Source: Candidatus Aenigmatarchaeota archaeon (GTDB taxonomy: Archaea > Aenigmatarchaeota > Aenigmatarchaeia > QMZP01 > JAFGSV01). From it: DNA of 64,000 nucleotides. The position numbers and the translations under genes are program-made. Shown here piece by piece: positions 54,778 to 64,000 of the stretch; positions within the stretch are counted from its first letter, which is position 1; each line of letters starts with the position of its first letter. A model generated the notes under the pieces. It had not been told where the DNA came from. It saw only the letters and a program-made list of their open reading frames with translations, and did not search any database. The stretch lies in NCBI GenBank assembly GCA_016931255.1, contig JAFGFG010000001.1:30961-94960 (forward strand), in the 5' to 3' direction.

Positions 54778-55611
54778 ATGAAGATAGTTGTAACAGGAGG
54801 TAAAGGTGGGACTGGAAAGTCAACTGTAGCCACTGCATTATCATCAGAGCTTTCAAGTAAAGGAAAGGTACTGCTCTTTGATGCGGATGTAGACTGCCCG
54901 AATGACCATCTCATACTTTCTACAAAAATAAAGAAAATAAAGACAGTGACTCAGGTCATTCCAAAATGGGATTTCAGCAAATGTGTGAAATGCGGTAGAT
55001 GTTCCGAAGTCTGCAAGACCAGTTCAATTGTTCAGATAAAGGAAAAGTATCCCATATTTGTTCCAGAACAGTGCAGCGGCTGTAAAGCTTGTATGATAGC
55101 GTGTCCGACCGGTGCCATAGGAAAAACACATAAAGACATAGGTGTAGTATACGAAGGCAAGAACGGTAATGTTGACATGATAAGCGGGGAACTCAAACCA
55201 GGTGAACCGGTCTCAGAATTTGTCGTCACTGCAGCAAAGGACATTGTAAATGAAAAAAGCAAAGATTATGACTTCATATTAACTGATACAGCCGCTGGTA
55301 CACATTGTGATGTCATAACAGCACTTCTTGATAACGACATTGCACTTGCAGTTACTGAGCCCACTCCACTAGGTGCCCATGATCTGGAACTAATACTGAA
55401 ACTCTCAAAAATACTTGAAGTACCTGTAAAGATAGTGCTCAACCGATCTGATATAGGTGACGCATCTCTTATTGAAGAAATAGCCGAGAAGTACGAGACT
55501 GAGATAATATCAAGAATACCTTACAGTAAAGCCATACTTGAGAGTTATTCGAATGGTGATGCCATAAAAAATATTCATATAGAAAAACTAGCCAGAGATG
55601 TGATGAGATGA
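54778..55611 (+). CDS. MinD/ParA-superfamily P-loop ATPase with inserted 2x[4Fe-4S] ferredoxin domain (1)
   Basis: It has MKIVVTGGKGGTGKST and DADVDCPN. The ferredoxin cysteines are CVKCGRCSEVC and CSGCKACMIACP. The ORF-track start is 54721. Confidence 0.85.
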   Translation: MKIVVTGGKGGTGKSTVATALSSELSSKGKVLLFDADVDCPNDHLILSTKIKKIKTVTQVIPKWDFSKCVKCGRCSEVCKTSSIVQIKEKYPIFVPEQCSGCKACMIACPTGAIGKTHKDIGVVYEGKNGNVDMISGELKPGEPVSEFVVTAAKDIVNEKSKDYDFILTDTAAGTHCDVITALLDNDIALAVTEPTPLGAHDLELILKLSKILEVPVKIVLNRSDIGDASLIEEIAEKYETEIISRIPYSKAILESYSNGDAIKNIHIEKLARDVMR

Positions 55612-56267
55612 AGATTACAGTAATTTATGATAACAATGCAAAAGACGGTCTTAAGTCCGGATGGGGATTTTCATGTCTGATAGAGAGTGACAAAAACATA
55701 CTTTTCGATTGTGGAGACAATGAGAAATCACTTCTTTATAACATTAAAAAGCTGGCGATTGACCTGAAAACAATTGACATGATTATATTATCCCATGAAC
55801 ACTGGGATCATACAGGAGGGCTGGCTGATATACTAAAATCAGCAGAAAATGTAACAGTGGTCCTTCCAAAATCATTTTCAGATGAAATGAAAGTTGCAAT
55901 AAGTAAACATGCAAAAATCATAGAAATTACTGAATGCCGGGAATTATCTGAAGATGTTTTCAGTATAGGTGAATTGAATGGTCACGGGCAGCCAAATGAA
56001 CAGGCACTGGCACTAAAAACTTCTAAAGGTGTTATGGTCATAACAGGGTGTGCTCATCCAGGGATTTCTGAAATACTCAAAGAGGCTGAAAAGCATGGAA
56101 AAATATACGGAATATTGGGTGGTTTTCACGACTTCTCTGATTTTGATGTGCTTGAAGGAATTGAACTTCTGGCACCATGCCACTGTACGAAACATCTCAA
56201 GGAAATACAGGATACTTATCCGGAAAATTACAGAAAAATCAATGCGGGGAGTGTGATTGAATTATGA
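55608..56267 (+). CDS. MBL-fold metallo-hydrolase
   Basis: 219 aa with SHEHWDHTGG (HxHxDH). There is a 4-nt overlap on both sides. Confidence 0.8.
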   Translation: MKITVIYDNNAKDGLKSGWGFSCLIESDKNILFDCGDNEKSLLYNIKKLAIDLKTIDMIILSHEHWDHTGGLADILKSAENVTVVLPKSFSDEMKVAISKHAKIIEITECRELSEDVFSIGELNGHGQPNEQALALKTSKGVMVITGCAHPGISEILKEAEKHGKIYGILGGFHDFSDFDVLEGIELLAPCHCTKHLKEIQDTYPENYRKINAGSVIEL

Positions 56268-57046
56268 AGACTGTTTATGGCCCCGTGCCTTCAAGAAGGC
56301 TTGGTATTTCACTTGGAATTGACCCAGTGTGTGCTACAAAAGGCAATCGTATTTGCAGCTTCGATTGCACATACTGCCAATTACATACAATGGGACCAGT
56401 CAGCCATACCACAATCAGAAAAGTATTCGTAAAAACAGAAGATGTGGAAAATGATTTGAAAGAAGCACTTAAACACACATCGCCGGATATCATAACAATA
56501 TCAGGAAGTTCTGAACCTACGCTTGCACTCAATCTGGGAGAAATCATAAAATCAGTAAAAATAATTACTGAGCTTCCTGTAGCGATTCTGACAAACTCTT
56601 CATTACTTTCGAAAGAGAATGTCCGGAAAGATTTGTACAAACTGGACCATGTAATTGCAAAACTCGACGCGTCTGAGTTCGATATTTTCAAAAAAATTAA
56701 CCGCCCTGCTGATGGAATAAGACTTGGGGAAATCATAAACTCGCTCAGATTATTCAGAAGTGAATATCAAGGTAAGATGTCGCTTCAGATGATGTTCATA
56801 GAAGATAATATTAGTCAGGCAAAGTCCCTGGCAGATCTTGCAGTAAGCATAAAACCAGACGAAGTGCAGATTGATACTCCACTGAGATATTCACCTGTTG
56901 CTCCTCTTCCAAAAGATACGCTCGATGAAATAAGACAAATTTTCACGAAAAGCGGTCTTAACGCAATTTCAATATATGATATGAAAAAGCCTGATACAAA
57001 GCCTGTAAACATGAAGGAAACATTATTGAGGAGACCGGAACTATGA
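56264..57046 (+). CDS. radical SAM protein (subfamily unknown)
   Basis: 260 aa with YGPVPSRRLGISLGI and CSFDCTYCQ (CxxxCxxC). Confidence 0.8.
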   Translation: MKTVYGPVPSRRLGISLGIDPVCATKGNRICSFDCTYCQLHTMGPVSHTTIRKVFVKTEDVENDLKEALKHTSPDIITISGSSEPTLALNLGEIIKSVKIITELPVAILTNSSLLSKENVRKDLYKLDHVIAKLDASEFDIFKKINRPADGIRLGEIINSLRLFRSEYQGKMSLQMMFIEDNISQAKSLADLAVSIKPDEVQIDTPLRYSPVAPLPKDTLDEIRQIFTKSGLNAISIYDMKKPDTKPVNMKETLLRRPEL

Positions 57047-57939
57047 AAAACATAACAATTGTTTCAGGTAAGGGCGGTGTTGGGAAATCGATGATTGCGT
57101 CTTCAATCTCAGTCATGCTTTCAAGAGAGATGAAGGTGGTAGTTGCAGATTGTGATGTCGATGCACCAGACCTTGGATTGAGTCTGGGGCTTAATGATAA
57201 TGATTATGAGTCATGGAATGAAATAACAACAAACGAGAAGGCTGTACTGGTCGATAAGAAATGCACCGGATGCAGAAAATGCGTGGATGTTTGTACGTTT
57301 GGTGCAATTAAATGGGATGAAAAAAGAAAGAAACCCGTATTCAATAGCTTGTTTTGTGAAGGATGCGGTTCATGTGAACTCGTTTGCCCGGAAAATGCAA
57401 TAGAATTAAAAGAAGTAAATAACGCTGTGATAGGCATCGGTAAGACAGCATACGGCTTTCCGATAATCACCGGCCAGCTGAAGATGGGTGAATCCGGTTC
57501 AGGAAAAGTAATATTCATCGTCAAGGAAACGGCAATGAAAATGGCTGAAAGAGAAAGAGCCGAGATAATGCTTACAGATGCAGCAGCCGGTATAGGATGT
57601 CCTGTAATAGCGTCAGTGAGGGGTTCTGATTATGTGATAGCTGTTACAGAGCCTACACCATCGGCACTAAGTGATGTTATCAGAATGCTTGACATAGTGA
57701 AGCATTTCGATATAGAGCATGGTCTTGTAATAAATAAATTTGACTTAAATCCGGAATTCAGTGAAAAAATAGAGAAATTTGCAAAAAGTATGGGTATTTC
57801 TGTATTAGGAAAGATTCCTTATGACAGGAAATTCGTGGATGCAATTGTCAACAGGAAGCCGGCAGTGATTTATGACAAGCAGTTTGAGAATGTATTCAAT
57901 GAAATAATTGACAATATGAAGAATGCAATCGGAATCTGA
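57043..57939 (+). CDS. MinD/ParA-superfamily P-loop ATPase with inserted 2x[4Fe-4S] ferredoxin domain (2)
   Basis: 298 aa with VSGKGGVGKS and DCDVDAPD. The ferredoxin cysteines are CTGCRKCVDVC and CEGCGSCELVCP. Confidence 0.85.
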   Translation: MKNITIVSGKGGVGKSMIASSISVMLSREMKVVVADCDVDAPDLGLSLGLNDNDYESWNEITTNEKAVLVDKKCTGCRKCVDVCTFGAIKWDEKRKKPVFNSLFCEGCGSCELVCPENAIELKEVNNAVIGIGKTAYGFPIITGQLKMGESGSGKVIFIVKETAMKMAERERAEIMLTDAAAGIGCPVIASVRGSDYVIAVTEPTPSALSDVIRMLDIVKHFDIEHGLVINKFDLNPEFSEKIEKFAKSMGISVLGKIPYDRKFVDAIVNRKPAVIYDKQFENVFNEIIDNMKNAIGI

Positions 57940-57960
57940 TGAAATGAATGCGGTGCAATC

Positions 57961-58467
57961 ATGGGAAATATTAAAATCAAGTGTAAAATATGTGGAAAAA
58001 TAATGTGCACAGATGATATCTACGTCGTGGACGGTGAAAACGTATGCAAGATGTGCATGCATGAAAACAAAAAACCTTTTATGATTTATCCAATAGGATA
58101 TGTTAAGAATGACTTGAAAAGGAAATCCGGTTCATTCGGAAACATCGGAAAAGAAAAAGTCTCACGAATAGAACTTTTTTCCTCGCAAATGCCTTTTATG
58201 TACATGATTAATGATGAAAAACATCTCACAATAGTATATTATTTGAACAAGAGAAATCCCATAAGATCGGTATTCAAAAGAGGGCTGGACGGAAAAGAAG
58301 TCGGCATCTTTGCCTCAAGAACCCCGGACAGGCCATCCGGAATTGCAATTCAGGAAGTCACGCTTTTGAAAGTCGACGGAACAACACTGTATGTTGAAGG
58401 GCTTGATGCAATCAACGACAGCCCGGTACTAGACATAAAGCTGGGACGCAAAAGCATAGACGGATAA
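57961..58467 (+). CDS. TrmO/YaeB(TsaA)-like domain protein with N-terminal zinc ribbon
   Basis: 168 aa with CKICG...CKMC, then IYPIGYVKN, ASRTPDRPSGIAI and SPVLDIK. Confidence 0.7.
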   Translation: MGNIKIKCKICGKIMCTDDIYVVDGENVCKMCMHENKKPFMIYPIGYVKNDLKRKSGSFGNIGKEKVSRIELFSSQMPFMYMINDEKHLTIVYYLNKRNPIRSVFKRGLDGKEVGIFASRTPDRPSGIAIQEVTLLKVDGTTLYVEGLDAINDSPVLDIKLGRKSIDG

Positions 58468-58926
58468 TTATCTGAAACATTTCATCATTTTCTTGTTTAC
58501 GGTAACATTGTTAGTCTTTCCTAAAGACTCCTTGGAAACCACATCTTTTCTTGAGAGTTTTTCAAGTATTCTGAAAACTTTAACTTTGGAAAGATTTGTC
58601 TCTCTTACTATCCGGGCTTGAGAAGCTTTACCTCCACTATTTATCAACATCTTCATAACCTTCATCTCGTCTGATTCAAATAAGGAGAGAAATACATTTC
58701 CATCTATATTCTCTTCATGGAATGGATTGAAAAAGTAGTATACCAGAGTTCCTATCAAAAGCCCGACCGAACCAAGGAATGGTATAAAAAGTGTTATGGG
58801 TATTAAACAACCGCATACATTTCCTGAATCTATCTGCATCTGGACATAAAATGAACTTATACCTATTATAAGAACGAACCCGGCTATCAGTATCATACCA
58901 ATAATGAATTTTTTCTGGTATTCCAT
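58468..58926 (-). CDS. membrane-tethered winged-helix regulator
   Basis: 152 aa with two N-terminal TM helices. The wHTH is MKVMKMLINSGGKASQARIVRETNLSKVKVFRILEKLSRKDVV. Confidence 0.6.
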   Translation of the reverse strand: MEYQKKFIIGMILIAGFVLIIGISSFYVQMQIDSGNVCGCLIPITLFIPFLGSVGLLIGTLVYYFFNPFHEENIDGNVFLSLFESDEMKVMKMLINSGGKASQARIVRETNLSKVKVFRILEKLSRKDVVSKESLGKTNNVTVNKKMMKCFR

Positions 58927-58930
58927 GATA

Positions 58931-58971
58931 ATGGTTTCATATTTTGAAACTTAAATTTATATATGGTTTCA
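58931..58971. promoter_or_regulatory. repeated ATGGTTTCA / TGAAAC half-sites in divergent intergenic region
   Basis: ATGGTTTCA occurs at 58931 and 58963, which is 32-bp spacing. An inverted TGAAAC lies at 58945..58950. The region separates the wHTH regulator from the thioredoxin-like lipoprotein gene. Confidence 0.3.
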
Positions 58972-58992
58972 ATCAACTATAATCTGATTTGA

Positions 58993-59379
58993 ATGAAAAA
59001 TCATGTCATCCTTGGAATTGGGATTATTATGCTCATAGTCAGTGGATGCACCACAAGCAATGGCGGAACTGAAGGCAATGTCATAGTGATTTCGGACGGC
59101 GGAACCGTGGACACTGCTATATGCCAGCAGAAGGGGATTGCAGACAAGATAGTTGTGTTCCATTCACCTACATGCCCTGCATGCAGGCAGACCCTGCCCG
59201 TGCTTGAGGAAATAGAAGCAGAATACGATTATGACTTCATGTTCATAGACCTTTCAACTGAAAGGGACGCGGCTGAGGAGCTGGGAATAATGCCCACGCA
59301 CATACCGACAATACTGATAAAGTGCAAGGCATACACGGGTTTCAGGGAAAAATCCGAATTCCTCAGCCTCATGGGGTGA
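58993..59379 (+). CDS. thioredoxin-fold lipoprotein (extracytoplasmic thiol-disulfide oxidoreductase)
   Basis: 128 aa with a lipobox-like LIVSGC. The CxxC active site is HSPTCPACRQ. Confidence 0.7.
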   Translation: MKNHVILGIGIIMLIVSGCTTSNGGTEGNVIVISDGGTVDTAICQQKGIADKIVVFHSPTCPACRQTLPVLEEIEAEYDYDFMFIDLSTERDAAEELGIMPTHIPTILIKCKAYTGFREKSEFLSLMG

Positions 59380-59383
59380 ATAT

Positions 59384-60085
59384 ATGATGTACGGCCTATC
59401 ACTGACAGCAATACTTTCGCTTGCCGCACTGGATGCCATAAACCCGTGCGCAATTGCAGTGCTGACACTCATGCTTATATCCATACTCACGTACAACCCA
59501 AAAAAAAGGAGAAACATCCTGCTTGCCGGAATGGCTTTCACCATGTCCGTATTCGTCATGTATATGTTCTACGGGCTTGTAATAATACGCTTCCTGCAGG
59601 TCATGAGCACAATAGCATACATAAGGGAAATGCTTTACGGCGTCCTCGGTGCATGTGCGGTTGTGCTGGGCATTCTGAACATCAAGGATTTCTTCTGGTA
59701 TAAGCCAGGAGGTTTGCTTACGGAGATGCCGATGAGGATGAGACCAACTGCGAAAAAAATAATAAACGGCATAACAACACCACGGGGAGCTTTTCTTGTG
59801 GGCGCGTTCGTGACTGTTTTTCTCCTTCCGTGCACCATAGGTCCGTACATAATAGCCGGTGGCATACTTTCCGCGCTTGAGCTCATGGCCGCTGTTCCAT
59901 GGCTTCTTCTGTACAACATCATATTTGTTCTGCCCATGATTGGGATAACGCTGGCTGTTTACGTAGGCGTCAGAAAGGTCGATGATGTCTCAGGATGGAA
60001 GGACAGGAACATCCGTCATCTCCACCTGATCTCAGGAATAATAATAATGCTGCTGGGCATCGGAATGCTTATGGGTTGGCTGTAA
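59384..60085 (+). CDS. CcdA/DsbD-family transmembrane thiol-disulfide electron transporter
   Basis: 233 aa, polytopic. Conserved membrane cysteines are LDAINPCAIAVL and LLPCTIGPY. Confidence 0.7.
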   Translation: MMYGLSLTAILSLAALDAINPCAIAVLTLMLISILTYNPKKRRNILLAGMAFTMSVFVMYMFYGLVIIRFLQVMSTIAYIREMLYGVLGACAVVLGILNIKDFFWYKPGGLLTEMPMRMRPTAKKIINGITTPRGAFLVGAFVTVFLLPCTIGPYIIAGGILSALELMAAVPWLLLYNIIFVLPMIGITLAVYVGVRKVDDVSGWKDRNIRHLHLISGIIIMLLGIGMLMGWL

Positions 60086-60118
60086 ACCAATTTAAGCACA
60101 TAAAATGCTATAATAGGT

Positions 60119-60859
60119 ATGTTTGAACTTATATACATATTAGCCGCAACCATGATAAACGGCCTTGTTGCCTTTGTGGGTGCATTCTCGCTTTTCGTGA
60201 AAGAGAAGTACCTCAAAAAAATACTGCTTCTGCTTGTGGCATTCTCAGCAGGGGCACTGCTTTCCGGAGGTCTGCTTCATCTTCTTGCGGAATCGCTGGA
60301 GTTTCTGGAAGCAGATACAGCGTTCCTGATAGCAATTTTCGGGTTCTCGATGTTCTTCGTGATTGAGAGGTTCCTTCACTGGCATCACTGCCATGAAGGC
60401 GTTTGCGACGTCCATTCATTCACATACATGATACTCATCGGAGACGGTGTGCATAATTTCATAGACGGGCTTGTCATAGCGGCAAGCTTCTTTGTGAGCA
60501 TTCCATTCGGCATTATGACGACAATACTCATAATAGGCCACGAAATTCCACAGGAACTTGGTGACTTCGGAGCGCTTGTTCACGGAGGCTTCGATAAGAG
60601 GAAGGCACTCCTCTTCAACTTCGGCTCGCAGCTGACAGCTGTTGCCGGCGGCATATTAGGATTCTTCCTTGGCGGGGAAGCGTGGTTCACGCCGTTGCTT
60701 CTTCCATTCGCAGCAGGCGGTTTCCTGTACATAGCCGCATCCGACCTCATACCTGAGTTGCACAAGGAAGCTGACATAAGGAAATCCATTGTATATTTCA
60801 TATTTTTCAGCATTGGAATAGCATTCATGGTTTCCATAAAGCTTCTGCTGGGCGGATGA
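60119..60859 (+). CDS. ZIP-family divalent metal (zinc) transporter
   Basis: 246 aa with HEIPQELGDF and a His-rich HWHHCHEGVCDVH loop. Confidence 0.8.
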   Translation: MFELIYILAATMINGLVAFVGAFSLFVKEKYLKKILLLLVAFSAGALLSGGLLHLLAESLEFLEADTAFLIAIFGFSMFFVIERFLHWHHCHEGVCDVHSFTYMILIGDGVHNFIDGLVIAASFFVSIPFGIMTTILIIGHEIPQELGDFGALVHGGFDKRKALLFNFGSQLTAVAGGILGFFLGGEAWFTPLLLPFAAGGFLYIAASDLIPELHKEADIRKSIVYFIFFSIGIAFMVSIKLLLGG

Positions 60860-60860
60860 G

Positions 60861-61037
60861 ATGGGAAAGGCCAGATGCCCGTTAATAGAATGCTGCCTGC
60901 TCAAGATACGATATGAGACCATGCCTAAAGGCGATGATGCCGTAAAAGCCCACTGCAACGGCAATTACAGAAAATGCGGCCGGTACCTGATGGAGAAAAT
61001 ATACGGAAGGATACCTGCAGAAAAGCCGAAAAAATAA
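60861..61037 (+). CDS. 58-aa Cys-rich small ORF
   Basis: MGKARCPLIECCLLKIRYETMPKGDDAVKAHCNGNYRKCGRYLMEKIYGRIPAEKPKK*. It starts 2 nt after the ZIP stop and has 5 Cys. It is below the ORF-track cut-off. Confidence 0.3.
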   Translation: MGKARCPLIECCLLKIRYETMPKGDDAVKAHCNGNYRKCGRYLMEKIYGRIPAEKPKK

Positions 61038-61078
61038 TATTAATAACCTGGTCACATATTGAACAGGTTGGTGATTTT

Positions 61079-61405
61079 ATGACTAAGATGGATGTAACAG
61101 ACAATGACTTTGACGAGAAGGTTGTTGAGCAGTCCAGGAAGATACCGGTGCTTGTTGATTTCTGGGCTTCATGGTGCGGACCATGCATGATGCTCGGGCC
61201 TGTTCTCGATAAAGTCGCCGATGACATGAACGGAAAGGTGATCCTTGCCAAGATGAATGTCGATGAAGGGCAGGAGAAGGCTGTCTTCTACAACATCAGC
61301 TCAATACCTGCTGTTAAGCTCTTCAAGGATGGCAGGGTTGTAGCTGAGTTCATTGGCGCAAGGCCGGAGTCTGCTGTGAAAGAATGGCTGGAAAGCAATA
61401 TCTGA
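61079..61405 (+). CDS. trxA: thioredoxin
   Basis: The start is taken at MTKMDVTDNDFDEKV. VLVDFWASWCGPC is present. Confidence 0.9.
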   Translation: MTKMDVTDNDFDEKVVEQSRKIPVLVDFWASWCGPCMMLGPVLDKVADDMNGKVILAKMNVDEGQEKAVFYNISSIPAVKLFKDGRVVAEFIGARPESAVKEWLESNI

Positions 61406-61466
61406 GTATCAATTGTATATTTCAGAAATACATTATTTTTTTGGTACTCATGATTTATACATTTAA

Positions 61467-62877
<1,411 letters not shown>

Positions 62878-62878
<1 letters not shown>

Positions 62879-63780
62879 TGCTCCCGACTGAATTCCTTGG
62901 GATAAAGCTCAAAAATCCGCTCGTTCTTGCATCAGGTATACTCGGCACAAGTCCGGAAATACTCATAAGGATGGCAGAATCCGGAGCAGGTGCGGTCACA
63001 ATGAAATCCATAGGTCCTGTTGAGAGGGAAGGCAACATCAATCCCAACATAGTGGAATTCGACTGCGGACTCCTGAATGCAATGGGACTGCCGGGTCCCG
63101 GATACAAGAATATGGCTGGAAAGATGGAAGAACTGAAGAACTGTCCGGTACCGCTTTTCGCAAGCATATACGGAAGCACAGTTCAGGACTTCGTTGACAT
63201 AGTTAAATTTCTGAGGGAATACAGGCCGGCTGCAATAGAGCTCGACATAAGCTGTCCCAACAAGGATGACGGCCTTTCATTCTCAGCTGACCCGGAAACG
63301 ACCCGCCAACTGGTCTCTGAGGTCAGGAAGCATTCAGGAAGCATACCTGTCATACCGAAGCTCACTCCCAACACGAGCAGCATACCATTGCTTGCCGAGG
63401 CCTGCAGGAAGGGCGGCGCGGATGCGCTCAATGCCATAAACACTGCTTCGGGAATGGTGATAAACATCGAAGCGAGGAAGCCTGTCCTGAAATACAAAAA
63501 GGGCGGCGTGTCCGGCCCTGCGCTGAAGCCTATTGCAGTGAGATGCGTATACGAATCATACGAGGCTACCGGTCTCCCAATCATAGGAACAGGCGGCGTC
63601 ACAACAGGAAGGGATGCAATAGAGATGATAATGGCAGGCGCCAGCCTTGTTGGCATAGGCTCTGCCCTTTACTACCGCGGGCTTGATGCTTTCAGGCTTA
63701 TAGCGGGTGAAATGGAAGAATGGATGAAAAATAATAATATTGATTCACTACAGGACATAACAGGTGCTGCACATGGCTAA
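62878..63780 (+). CDS. pyrD: dihydroorotate dehydrogenase catalytic subunit (class 1B type)
   Basis: TAATG overlap with pyrI. It has GIKLKNPLVLASG, TMKS, GGVSGPALKPIAVR and IIGTGGV. Confidence 0.9.
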
Positions 63781-64000
63781 GGCAAAACCCGAGATGACAA
63801 GGATACTCCGGATAAAGAAGGAGAATCCGTATGTCAAGACCATTACGCTTGACATGAAGATGAAGGCCGAACCTGGCCAGTTCGTGATGATATGGCTTCC
63901 CGGAGTGGATGAAAAGCCCATGTCAATAAGAAGCTCGAATGAAAACCTGATGATAACAGTTGAGGCCCGCGGCAAATGTTCCGAAGCATTTACATGCCTG
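63773..64000 (+). CDS. pyrK: dihydroorotate dehydrogenase electron-transfer subunit, 5-prime partial (runs off window)
   Basis: MAKAKPEMTRILRIKKENPYVKTITLDM...EPGQFVMIWLPGVDEKPMSI. It overlaps the pyrD stop and has no stop before 64000. Confidence 0.75.
   Translation, partial: MAKAKPEMTRILRIKKENPYVKTITLDMKMKAEPGQFVMIWLPGVDEKPMSIRSSNENLMITVEARGKCSEAFTCL

Overview
The window is a 64-kb archaeal chromosomal segment. The archaeal assignment rests on the psmA-SBDS-rrp4-rrp41-rrp42-eL43-rpoP-pfdB superoperon, SepF, FtsY, Mre11/Rad50, an RbkR-type CTP riboflavin kinase and AGG/AGA/ATA-rich codon usage. The best guess is a Thermoplasmata-like euryarchaeon, which is inference only. Coding density is high and I saw no rRNA, tRNA or CRISPR array. 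Core blocks are UPF0182, PEBP, MscS, a PurD-like ATP-grasp, the exosome/proteasome operon (36.7-41.8 kb), riboflavin kinase with an ECF transporter (44.0-46.5 kb), mre11-rad50 (47.1-50.2 kb), and trxA plus pyrB-pyrI-pyrD-pyrK (61.1-64.0 kb). The accessory content holds five things worth a second look.

1. A candidate RiPP or cofactor-maturation locus lies at 11.15-16.1 kb. It has an unannotated 56-codon ORF ending in Tyr, a radical-SAM/SPASM enzyme, a GNAT with a PqqD-like N-terminal extension, a TldD/PmbA-type peptidase and a SAM methyltransferase.
2. A 12-gene anaerobe-type metallocluster module of unknown function lies at 51.8-58.5 kb. It contains a DUF134 regulator, a split permease, three NifX-like proteins, DUF5320, two MinD-like ATPases with ferredoxin inserts, an MBL-fold protein, a radical SAM protein and a Zn-ribbon-TrmO fusion. 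The same roughly 22-bp palindrome occurs twice, and base composition breaks sharply at 53.53 kb.
3. A very AT-rich island lies at 16.1-22.1 kb. It carries a Dam-like methyltransferase, an HNH endonuclease, DUF3800, a short tyrosine recombinase, and a HEPN-MNT cassette flanked by a diverged relic of the recombinase 3-prime end.
4. A second tyrosine recombinase has a novel N-terminal domain, an acidic linker and an apparent loss of catalytic Arg-I.
5. Two local duplication scars have a 62-64 bp period, and one of them frameshifts a gene.

All product calls come from motif recognition by eye. No database search was run, and start codons are approximate.
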